Origin: Macrostomum lignano
Lineage: Eukaryota
DNA length: 64,000 bases
Direction: 5' to 3'
Assembly: GCA_002269645.1 (NCBI GenBank)
Contig: NIVC01001326.1
Span: 105,792-169,791 of the forward strand
The translations under genes were made by a program, and so were the position numbers. The notes under the pieces were generated by a model. It was not told the DNA's origin and made no database searches. It saw only the letters and a program-made list of their open reading frames with translations. Numbering within the stretch: position 1 is the first letter of the stretch; every line of letters begins with the position of its first letter. Shown here in pieces: positions 23,601 through 35,600 of this stretch.

Positions 23601-26600
23601 CAGCTGGGACTCGGCGAAGAGCTGCGCCAAGCTGTTGTTCACCAGGCACTGGTACCTGCCGGAGTCCGTCAGCCGCAGACGGCGGATCGTCAGCGCGTTC
23701 GGCAGTCGCTGAATTCGTCTACTGGGGTCGTCGGTGAAGTCGTCGTCTGGGAGCTGCAGCGGGTCGGCATCTTTGAACCAGAGCACCTCGGCGCCGATGC
23801 CCAGGCTGTCCAGGTTGCAGAACAGGCTGGCCTCGCCGCCAACCAGCTGCTGGATGACCGTCTGCGGCCGTTCCCGCATGTACGGCAGGCCTGGGGGGCG
23901 ACGAAACACTGCACCGTCACTGTGACTCACTCTGCACCGTCACTGTGACTCACTCTGCACCGTCACTGTGACTCACTCTGCACCGTCACTGTGACTCACT
24001 CTGCACCGTCACTGTGACTCACTCTGCACCGTCACTGTGACTCACTCTGCACCGTCACTGTGACTCACTCTGCACCGTAACTGTGACTCACTCTGCACCG
24101 TCACTGTGACTCACTCTGCACCGTCACTGTGACTCACTCTGCACCGTCACTGTGACTCACTCTGCACCGTCACTGTGACTCACACTGCACCGTCACTGTG
24201 ACTCACTCTGCACCGTCACTGTGACTCACTCTGCACCGTCACTGTGACTCACTCTGCACCAGCACCCGCATCAGCAGTGACTCACTCTGCACCAGCACCC
24301 GCATCAGCAGTGACTCACTCTGCACCAGCACCCGCATCAGCAGTGACTCACTCTGCACCAGCACCCGCATCAGCAGTGACTCACTCTGCACCAGCACCCG
24401 CATCAGCAGTGACTCACTCTGCACCAGCACCCGCATCAGCAGTGACTCACTCTGCACAAGCACCCGCATCAGCAGTGACTCACTCTGCACCAGCACCCGC
24501 ATCAGCAGTGACTCACTCTGCACCAGCACCCGCATCAGCAGTGACTCACTCTGCACCAGTACCCGGATGTCGTGGCTCCAGTCGCCCCAGCCGAGCAGGT
24601 TGAGGCAGCGGCATTTCCACACGCCAGCGTGTCCGGGCCGCACGGAATCGATTTGCACCTGCGGCTCGGACGTGCCGCCAGCGGACGAATAGTTGTGGGT
24701 CCAGACAACCTCGGACACTGGCGGGTTGGCCAGCACTGGGCAGTTAATCCGGCCAGGCTGCCCCACGGCTAGGAACTGAGTCCTCTGCTCTGAGCCTTCG
24801 AACAAAGGCGGATAAATGACGTCAACATAGGCGCTGGCGTGCGGCGGGTTGCTACGGCCGTTGCTAGGGACGCAGCGGTACCAGCCGGTGTCGTGCCGCA
24901 TCAGGGTCGGTATGACCAGGGTGCCGTTGTCGATGTAGTAGCGGTGGCGCAGGGCTCCGAGCAGGCGGAGGTCCCGGCCGGACCGGAACCAGGTGTAGCT
25001 GATGTTGCCCGGGTGTCCGGTGGCCGAGCAGGTCAGCTCGAGTCTCTGGCCGACCTTCTTTGTCACGTTGGCCGGGGACACTTGAATATAGACTCCGCCT
25101 GGAGAGGATTAAAGATTTCGGGGCTATTGTTGCTGGGGTCTTTCTAGAGCCGAAAATGAGATCAAGGTGCCAAGTTTAGAAGCTACCTGAGTTATCCCTA
25201 GATGTTAGCTCCACATCCGTAGATTTTAGCGCCCATCATTCTTAGATTTTAGCGCCACATCATCATTAGATTTTAGCGCCACATCATCCTTTTATGTTAG
25301 CGCCACATCATCCTTAGATTTTAGCGCCACATCATCCTTTTATGTTAGCGCCACATCATCCTTAGATTTTAGCGCCACATCATCCTTAGATTTTAGCGCA
25401 CATCATGATTTTAGCGCCACATCATCCTTAGATTTTAGCGCCACATCATCCTTAGATTTTAGCGCCACATCATCCTTAGATTTTAGCGCCACATCATCCT
25501 TAGATTTTAGCGCACATCATGATTTTAGCGCCACATCATCCTTAGATTTTAGCGCCACATCATCCTTAGATTTTAGCGCCACATCATCCTTAGATTTTAG
25601 CGCCACTTTACTCACCCTCGATGAGCAGGGTCACGTGAGCTCGATCCGTCCCGAACTTGTTGCTAGCCTGGCACTCGAACAAGCCGCCATGTTGAAAACC
25701 CACCGATGCGATGCTCAGCTGCCCGGAGGCCGTCACCTGGATGTCGCTGCCGCCATCGTCGTCGTGGACGGTGTGAGCAACGTCGGGTCGGAGCCGACGC
25801 CCGTTGTGCAGCCAGGCGACGTCCGGCTGTGGGCGGCCGCGGGCCCGGCAGTTCAGCGTCAGGCTGGAGTGCGGCCGCCGGACAATCGCCGCAGGGAGCT
25901 GCGTGAGGATTTTCGGCCTCTCTGCGGATCGGTGGAAGGGATGTACTGGGAATGTACTAGGTATGTACTGGGAATGTGCAGGGTATGTACTGGGGATGTA
26001 CTGGGAATGTACTGGGAATGTACTGGGGATGTACTGGGAATGTAGTGGGATGTACTGGGGATGTACTGGGGATGTACTGGGAATGTACTGGGGATGTACT
26101 GGGAATGTACTGGGGATGTACTGGGAATGTACTGGATATGTACTGGGAATGTACTGGGGATGTACTGGGGATGTACTGGGGATGTACTGGGAATGTACTG
26201 GGGATGTACTGGGGATGTACTGGGGATGTACTGGGAATGTGCAGGGTATGTACTGCGGATAAGACACTGTGTGCACCCACTAAGCTGGGAGTGGAGCATC
26301 AGAAATTGAATATTTGAACTTCAATTGAAGCGTAAAGCTTTGGCACTTTGGCACTAGGCGCAGCAATGCTGTACGCAGGCAGGCATGTACACTCTCTGGG
26401 CCTTGGGGGTCGGCACTCATGGGTGTGAATCGCCCTACCAGCTCCAAATGAATGCGTTTGCGAACGGAATCGAACTAAGGGTCGTGTCATTGGCTCCGAG
26501 TTCATAGTTGACACAGTCGCCACCAACTCACACACAATGGCAGAAAATATCCCAACTATTCTACACTCCAGCCAATCTGCTCAGAAAATGCACCAGAAAA

Positions 26601-29600
26601 AACCTGCACCAACCATTGAGTGAAAGTGAATTTACGGAATAGCCAAGTCTGTGTGAATGAGTTGCCAATAAGCTTTGGTCCAGTTGGCGGCTAACTCCAT
26701 TGAAACAATGGGTCATCAGCCTGAATGAATTGTAGTTGGAGGGCACAGATGACTGGGGCAGGAACTCCTTGATTGAAGATCAGTGTGGGAGCCATTGTGT
26801 TTCAATCACGGATTGCTGCTGAGAAAGCAGTTTTGCTATCTGCCCGCTGATTCTGGGAGCATTAAGAGATGGCGGCTTCACCGACAGAGAGTGACAGAAT
26901 GAGGGACAGTCACTGACAGACAGTGACAGAATGAGGGACAGTCACTGACAGACAGTGACAGAATGAGGGACAGTCACTGACAGACAGTGACAGAATGAGG
27001 GACAGTCACTGACAGACAGTGACAGAATGAGGGACAGTCACTGGCAGACAGTGACAAAATGGGGAACAGTCACTGACAGACTATGATAGAATGGGGGAAG
27101 TTACAGACAGACAGTGACAGAATGCGGGACAGTCACTGACAGACAGTGACCGAATGAGGGACAGTCACTGACAAAGAGTGACCGAATGAGGGACAGTTAC
27201 TGACAAAGAGTGACAGAAAGAGGGAGTCACTGACAGACAGTGACCGAATGAGGAAAAGTCACTGACAGACAGTGACCGAATGAGGGACAGTCACTGACAA
27301 AGAGTGACCGAATGAGGGACAGTTACTGACAAAGAGTGACAGAAAGAGGGAGTCACTGACAGACAGTAACCGAATGAGGGAAAGTCACTGACAGACAGTG
27401 ACAGAATGTGGTACAGTCACTGGCAGACTGTGACAGAATGAGGAACAGTCATTGACAAAAAGTGACAGAATGAGGGAAAGTCACTGACAGACAGTGACAG
27501 AATGTGGGATAGTCACTGACAAGAGTGACAGAATGCGGGATAGTCACTGACAAGAGTGACAAAATGGGGGATAGTCACTGACAAGAGTGACAGAATGCGG
27601 GATAGTCACTGACAAGAGTGACAGAATGCGGGATAGTCACTGACAAGAGTGACAGAATGCGGGATAGTCACTGACAAGAGTGACAGAATGCGGGATAGTC
27701 ACTGACAAGAGTGACAGAATGCGGGATAGTCACTGACAAGAGTGACAAAATGGGGGACAGTCACTGACAAGAGTGACAGAATGCGGGATAGTCACTGACA
27801 AGAGTGACAGAATGCGGGATAGTCACTGACAAGAGTGACAGAATGCGGGATAGTCACTGACAAGAGTGACAGAATGCGGGATAGTCACTGACAAGAGTGA
27901 CAGAATGCGGGATAGTCACTGACAAGAGTGACAGAATGCGGGATAGTCACTGACAAGAGTGACAGAATGCGGGATAGTCACTGACAAGAGTGACAGAATG
28001 CGGGATAGTCACTGACAAGAGTGACAGAATGCGGGATAGTCACTGACAAGAGTGACAGAATGCGGGATAGTCACTGACAAGAGTGACAGAATGCGGGATA
28101 GTCACTGACAAGAGTGACAGAATGCGGGATAGTCACTGACAAGAGTGACAAAATGGGGGACAGTCACTGACAAGAGTGACAGAATGCGGGATAGTCACTG
28201 ACAAGAGTGACAGAATGCGGGATAGTCACTGACAAGAGTGACAGAATGCGGGATAGTCACTGACAAGAGTGACAGAATGCGGGATAGTCACTGACAAGAG
28301 TGACAGAATGCGGGATAGTCACTGACAAGAGTGACAGAATGCGGGATAGTCACTGACAAGAGTGACAGAATGCGGGATAGTCACTGACAAGAGTGACAGA
28401 ATGCGGGATAGTCACTGACAAGAGTGACAGAATGCGGGATAGTCACTGACAAGAGTGACAGAATGCGGGATAGTCACTGACAAGAGTGACAGAATGCGGG
28501 ATAGTCACTGACAAGAGTGACAGAATGCGGGATAGTCACTGACAAGAGTGACAAAATGGGGGACAGTCACTGACAAGAGTGACAGAATGCGGGATAGTCA
28601 CTGACAAGAGTGACAGAATGCGGGATAGTCACTGACAAGAGTGACAGAATGCGGGATAGTCACTGACAAGAGTGACAGAATGCGGGATAGTCACTGACAA
28701 GAGTGACAGAATGCGGGATAGTCACTGACAAGAGTGACAGAATGCGGGATAGTCACTGACAAGAGTGACAAAATGGGGGACAGTCACTGACAGACAGTGA
28801 CAGAATGCGGATGTGACAGTCGCTCCAGCTGGCTAAAAATAGAGTAAAGTTTTACGAAGCCATTCAGAAAGCAGCCAGAGATTTTGCAAGTCTCAAAGAA
28901 TGGACAGCAGGGAGCTCTCAAGAGCCATCTATTCTTGAAGCATTTTGTCTGCGGCGGCAACGAAAAGAAGAGGCCGCCAATTCACGGGATTTTCAAACAG
29001 CTCGAAGCAGCAGCCACTTGACATGCTCTTGACTTTGAGTTTCTCCCAGTTGCTGTGCTCTGCTTGTCGAAGCGTGAAGCACTCGCTAACCTTCTGAACA
29101 CCAAGCCCTGCCAGCTCCAGACGGCACTCACCGAAGTCCACTCCATCGCTGCAATTCACGCAGCCAGCAAGCAGCAAAAGAAACTGCAGCCTCCTAAACA
29201 ACTTCATCAAGACTGCAGCTGTCAGTCGCGAGTTCGCAGTGTTTTAAAAAGCAAATTGAGAAAGGAATCTGCAGGGCTTTGGTTTCCTCAGCGTTGAGAA
29301 CTGCGACTCAACCGCCTACTAAATGCAGTCTAGCGCACAATTGTCCGGCCCCCCGCTGAGGGACAGATGATGATGGAGAATAGGAAGCTGGGGAGGCGGC
29401 AGGAAGCCAGGTGGGGTCCCTCTGCAGGTCAGCAGCTGACTGATTTGAGCTGCACCTCTGGGCCAATTGGGATTCTGGCTGGCCATCCCTAATCCTGAAG
29501 TGCCCCACCCCTTCAACCTGTCCAGCTCTCAGCTTCTTCCTTTTTATACTCGGCTCAAAAAGTGTGTGTGCAGACAAAAACTTTTTCACGCGGTAGCCAG

Positions 29601-32600
29601 CTTCACACCTCTACTGTCGGAGCCGGGTGCCGAAGCCATGCGAGAAAATAATTTATAACAGCGAGAACACGCCAGTTTAATTTTAACAAAAATTTTCCTA
29701 TATAGTTCTGATGGACACAGCCTGGGCTATCAATCAGATGGCTTCACTTGATTGCATTTTAATAGACTCGAATTGGGACTGGGGCCGCCGTTTTAAATTA
29801 ACCTTCCTCTCTTGCTATCGAGCCAACCTTTGACAGGTTGTTGGCGTAAAGTACATTTGCAATGCAGTTAGAGTTAAGAGCTCAGAAGGTCAAAGTGTAC
29901 ATTCTAAATGGAACAGCAGTTGGGGTGTAAATTCTAAATGGAACAGCAGTTGGGATGTACATTCTAAATGGAACAGCAGGTGGGATGTACATTCTAAATG
30001 GAACAGCAGTTGGGGTGTACATTCTAAATGGAACATCAGGTGGGATGTACATTCTAAATGGAACAGCAGGTGGGGTGTACATTCTAAACGGAAAAGCAGG
30101 TGGGATGTACATTCTAAATGGAACAGCAGGTGGGGTGTACATTCTAAATGGAACAGCAGGTGGGATGTACATTCTAAATGGAACAGCAGGTGGGATGTAC
30201 ATTCTAAATGGAACAGCAGGTGGGGTGTACATTCTAAACGGAAAAAGCAGGTGGGTGTACATTCCTAACAGATGAAAAAGCCATCCGCAAAGTCCGTACT
30301 CAGATTTGCGAGCCCAGTTTCTGATTGACAGCTTGACCAGCCTAGCAGCAGCAGCAGCAGCGGTCCTCTATCTATCTGTTTATTCATATCTTGCCGACTC
30401 CTCATATTCATATCTCAAGCTGATCCATCCTGGGCAAATGAAATTTCCAGTTCCTGGGGACAGTGGGGAAGTTTCTCGATGTCTGCTTCTCGGCTCCATC
30501 AGTTCATATCTTCCTGTGCAGTTGCAAGTGCAGCAAAAGAGCTCAGCGTGAGCAGTCAGATGACCATTTAAATCAATCATCGCTCCGGTCGCTTCTGGCC
30601 CACTGCTGCCACCGAAGCGCCAGGATTGACGGAATTGCAAAAGATGTCAATATAAGTATTATAAATATATATGTACGTATGTATATATGTATATGTTTAT
30701 CCATGCATTTTTGTGAAGCAGAAACTTTAGTACGCTCGTATACACATGCTAATACTTATACCTTTTCACTTCACTGCATGAAGACAGAGCTAAAGAATTA
30801 ATATTATCTATAGTAGTTTTCGTGTCTGTATAAATTGTGTTCGAAGAATCTCATTTTTAGATATGAAAAAATTTCGTGACTGCAACTATGATTCTCGTGA
30901 GGTGGATGCAATGTACATTACCGGGGAAGAGAGTAAATCGATATTATCGTGAGGTAGCTCCAATGTACATGATCGGGGAAGAGATTAAATCGATATTATC
31001 GTGAGGTAGCTGCTATGTACATTACCGGGGAAGAGAGTAAATCGATATTATCGTGAGGTAGGCGCAATGTACTTTATCACGAAGTGAATGCATTGTACAT
31101 TATCACGACGCGTTGGCGTGTGTAGCTTTGTTTTCGCAGATGAAGTTTACATTTTAGTCGGCCAAACGCTAACAAAAATACACTTTCAAATGCGGTCAAT
31201 TTTTAGCGAGTTCGTGACAAGTGCCTGCCATGTGACTCCATTCGAATCGCGTAATTAATCAAGTCTAATTCAATCAGGACTAGACGGCCTAGAACTTTAG
31301 AGAAATTTTTATCCAGACCTTGCATACAAAGCCAGCTCTCTCCTCGGTTGCCAAGCCGCAAAATTACCAGAACGTTCCGGGGAACTTTTAGCGGCCCCGA
31401 AAAAGATTACTATAGTAGCTTAACTAACTGGCAAACAGGACAGGACAGCCGGGCCTCAAAGGAGGGAGCCTCCGCTTCACGCTTGAGCGCCAACGCGGGG
31501 GTTCTCAGGCTTCGGGTCATGCGTTCGAGCTGGATTTTGGTTCAACAGAGAGCTCTCTTGTGACGACCCTCTGAACAACACTGACAAGTCTTTTATAGTT
31601 CCCCAGTGCAGCCCACAGTTCTGCTCTGGCCTACTAAAAGGCAATTCAAGTGCACTCGAACTAATGCGCTTTTCTTGAGACTGGGCTGTTTAAATCAATT
31701 TCTATTGCTGTTATTGATCGACTGTCATGGGAAATCCTGTTCGGGAAATCCTGTTCGGGAAATCCTGTTCGGGAAATCCTGTTCGGGAAATCCTGTCTGG
31801 GAGATCCTGTCTGGGAAATCTTGTCTGGGAAATCCTGTCTGGGAAATCTTGTCTGGGAAATCCTGTCTGGGAAATCCTGTCTGGGAAATCCTGTCTGCGA
31901 AATCTTGTTTGGAAATCCTGTCTATGAAATCTTGTTCGGGAAATAATGTCTGCGAAATCTTGTTCGGAAATCCTGTCTATGAAATCTTGTTCGGGAAAAA
32001 TTGTCTGGGAAATACTTCCTAGGAAATCCCGTCTGGGAAATCCTGTCTGGGAAATATTGTCTGGGAAATCCTGTCTGGGAAATCCTGTCTGGGAAATCCT
32101 GTCTGCGAAATCTTGTTTGGAAATCCTGTCTATGAAATCTTGTTCGGGAAATAATGTCTGCGAAATCTTGTTCGGAAATCCTGTCTATGAAATCTTGTTC
32201 GGGAAAAATTGTCTGGGAAATACTTCCTAGGAAATCCCGTCTGGGAAATCCTGTCTGGGAAATCTTGTCTGGGAAATCCTGTCTGGGAAATCCTGTCTGG
32301 GAAATCCTGTCTGCGAAATCTTGTTTGGAAATCCTGTCTAGGAAATCTTGTTCGGGAAATAATGTCTGCGAAATCTTGTTTGGAAATCCTGTCTATGAAA
32401 TCTTGTTCGGGAAATAATGTCTGCGAAATCTTGTTCGGAAATCCTGTCTAGGAAATCTTGTTCGGGAAATAATGTCTGGGAAATACTTCCTAGGAAATCC
32501 CGTCTGGGAAATCCTGTCTGGGAAATCCTGTCTGGGAAATCCTGTCTGGGAAATCATGTCTGGGAAATACTGTCTAGGAAATCCTGTCTGGGAAATCTTG

Positions 32601-35600
32601 TCTGGGAAATCCTGTCTGGGAAATCTTTTCTGGGAAATCCTGTCTGCGAAATCTTGTTCGGAAATCCTGTCTAGGAAATCTTGTTCGGGAAATAATGTCT
32701 GGGAAATACTTCCTAGGAAATCCCGTCCGGGAAATCCTGTCTGGGAAATGCTGTTTGGGAAATCCTGTCTGGGAAATCATGTCTGGGAAATGCTGTTTGG
32801 GAAATCCTGTCTGGGAAATCATGTCTGGGAAATCATGTCTGGGAAATCCTGTCTGGGAAATCTTGTCTGGGAAATCCTGTCTGGGAAATCCTGTCTGGGA
32901 AATCCTGTCTGGGAAATCATGTCTGGGAAATCATGTCTGGGAAATCCTGTCTGGGAAATCATGTCTGGGAAATCTTGTCTGGGAAATCCTGTCTGCGAAA
33001 TCCTGTCTGGGAAATCCTGTCTGGGAAATCTTGTCTGGGAAATCCTGTCTGCGAAATCTTGTTCGGAAATCCTGTCTATGAAATCTTGTTCGGGAAATAA
33101 TGTCTGCAAAATCTTGTTCAGAAATCCTGTCTATGAAATCTTGTTCGGGAAATAATGTCTGCGAAATCTTGTTCGGAAATCCTGTCTATGAAATCTTGTT
33201 CGGGAAAAATTGTCTGGGAAATACTTCCTAGGAAATCCCGTCTGGGAAATCCTGTCTGGGAAATATTGTCTGGGAAATCCTGTCTGGGAAATCCTGTCTG
33301 GGAAATCCTGTCTGCGAAATCTTGTTTGGAAATCCTGTCTATGAAATCTTGTTCGGGAAATAATGTCTGCGAAATCTTGTTCGGAAATCCTGTCTATGAA
33401 ATCTTGTTCGGGAAAAATTGTCTGGGAAATACTTCCTAGGAAATCCCGTCTGGGAAATCCTGTCTGGGAAATCTTGTCTGGGAAATCCTGTCTGGGAAAT
33501 CCTGTCTGCGAAATCCTGTCTGGAAATCCTGTCTATGAAATCTTGTTCGGGAAATAATGTCTGCGAAATCTTGTTCGGAAATCCTGTCTAGGAAATCTTG
33601 TTCGGGAAATAATGTCTGGGAAATACTTCCTAGGAAATCCCGTCTGGGAAATCCTGTCTGGGAAATCCTGTCTGGGAAATCCTGTCTGGGAAATCATGTC
33701 TGGGAAATACTGTCTAGGAAATCCTGTCTGGGAAATCTTGTCTGGGAAATCCTGTCTGGGAAATCTTTTCTGGGAAATCCTGTCTGCGAAATCTTGTTCG
33801 GAAATCCTGTCTAGGAAATCTTGTTCGGGAAATAATGTCTGGGAAATACTTCCTAGGAAATCCCGTCCGGGAAATCCTGTCTGGGAAATGCTGTTTGGGA
33901 AATCCTGTCTGGGAAATCATGTCTGGGAAATGCTGTTTGGGAAATCCTGTCTGGGAAATCATGTCTGGGAAATCATGTCTGGGAAATCCTGTCTGGGAAA
34001 TCTTGTCTGGGAAATCCTGTCTGGGAAATCCTGTCTGGGAAATCCTGTCTGGGAAATCATGTCTGGGAAATCATGTCTGGGAAATCCTGTCTGGGAAATC
34101 ATGTCTGGGAAATCTTGTCTGGGAAATCCTGTCTGCGAAATCCTGTCTGGGAAATCCTGTCTGGGAAATCTTGTCTGGGAAATCCTGTCTGCGAAATCTT
34201 GTTCGGAAATCCTGTCTATGAAATCTTGTTCGGGAAATAATGTCTGCAAAATCTTGTTCAGAAATCCTGTCTATGAAATCTTGTTCGGGAAATAATGTCT
34301 GCGAAATCTTGTTCGGAAATCCTGTCTATGAAATCTTGTTCGGGAAAAATTGTCTGGGAAATACTTCCTAGGAAATCCCGTCTGGGAAATCCTGTCTGGG
34401 AAATATTGTCTGGGAAATCCTGTCTGGGAAATCCTGTCTGGGAAATCCTGTCTGCGAAATCTTGTTTGGAAATCCTGTCTATGAAATCTTGTTCGGGAAA
34501 TAATGTCTGCGAAATCTTGTTCGGAAATCCTGTCTATGAAATCTTGTTCGGGAAAAATTGTCTGGGAAATACTTCCTAGGAAATCCCGTCTGGGAAATCC
34601 TGTCTGGGAAATCTTGTCTGGGAAATCCTGTCTGGGAAATCCTGTCTGGGAAATCCTGTCTGCGAAATCTTGTTTGGAAATCCTGTCTATGAAATCTTGT
34701 TCGGGAAATAATGTCTGCGAAATCTTGTTCGGAAATCCTGTCTAGGAAATCTTGTTCGGGAAATAATGTCTGGGAAATACTTCCTAGGAAATCCCGTCTG
34801 GGAAATCCTGTCTGGGAAATCCTGTCTGGGAAATCCTGTCTGGGAAATCATGTCTGGGAAATACTGTCTAGGAAATCCTGTCTGGGAAATCTTGTCTGGG
34901 AAATCCTGTCTGGGAAATCTTTTCTGGGAAATCCTGTCTGCGAAATCTTGTTCGGAAATCCTGTCTAGGAAATCTTGTTCGGGAAATAATGTCTGGGAAA
35001 TACTTCCTAGGAAATCCCGTCCGGGAAATCCTGTCTGGGAAATGCTGTTTGGGAAATCCTGTCTGGGAAATCATGTCTGGGAAATGCTGTTTGGGAAATC
35101 CTGTCTGGGAAATCATGTCTGGGAAATCATGTCTGGGAAATCCTGTCTGGGAAATCTTGTCTGGGAAATCCTGTCTGGGAAATCCTGTCTGGGAAATCCT
35201 GTCTGGGAAATCATGTCTGGGAAATCATGTCTGGGAAATCCTGTCTGGGAAATCATGTCTGGGAAATCTTGTCTGGGAAATCCTGTCTGCGAAATCCTGT
35301 CTGGGAAATCCTGTCTGGGAAATCTTGTCTGGGAAATCCTGTCTGCGAAATCTTGTTCGGAAATCCTGTCTATGAAATCTTGTTCGGGAAATAATGTCTG
35401 CAAAATCTTGTTCAGAAATCCTGTCTATGAAATCTTGTTCGGGAAATAATGTCTGCGAAATCTTGTTCGGAAATCCTGTCTATGAAATCTTGTTCGGGAA
35501 AAATTGTCTGGGAAATCCTGTCTGGGAAATCATCTCTGGGAAATACTGTCTAGGAAATCCTGTCTGGGAAATCCTGTCTGGGAAATCTTGTCTGGGAAAT

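Noticed and set aside
24244-24603. + strand AVTHSAPAPAS-repeat ORF (mucin/antifreeze-like)
   Set aside because: It is the antisense reading of the donor-containing 33-bp array.
26880-28810. CRISPR-like appearance of ~31-33-bp repeats (also 42630-45540 and 53648-54118)
   Set aside because: The units are head-to-tail with no unique spacers, there are no cas genes, and the context is eukaryotic and intronic or intergenic.
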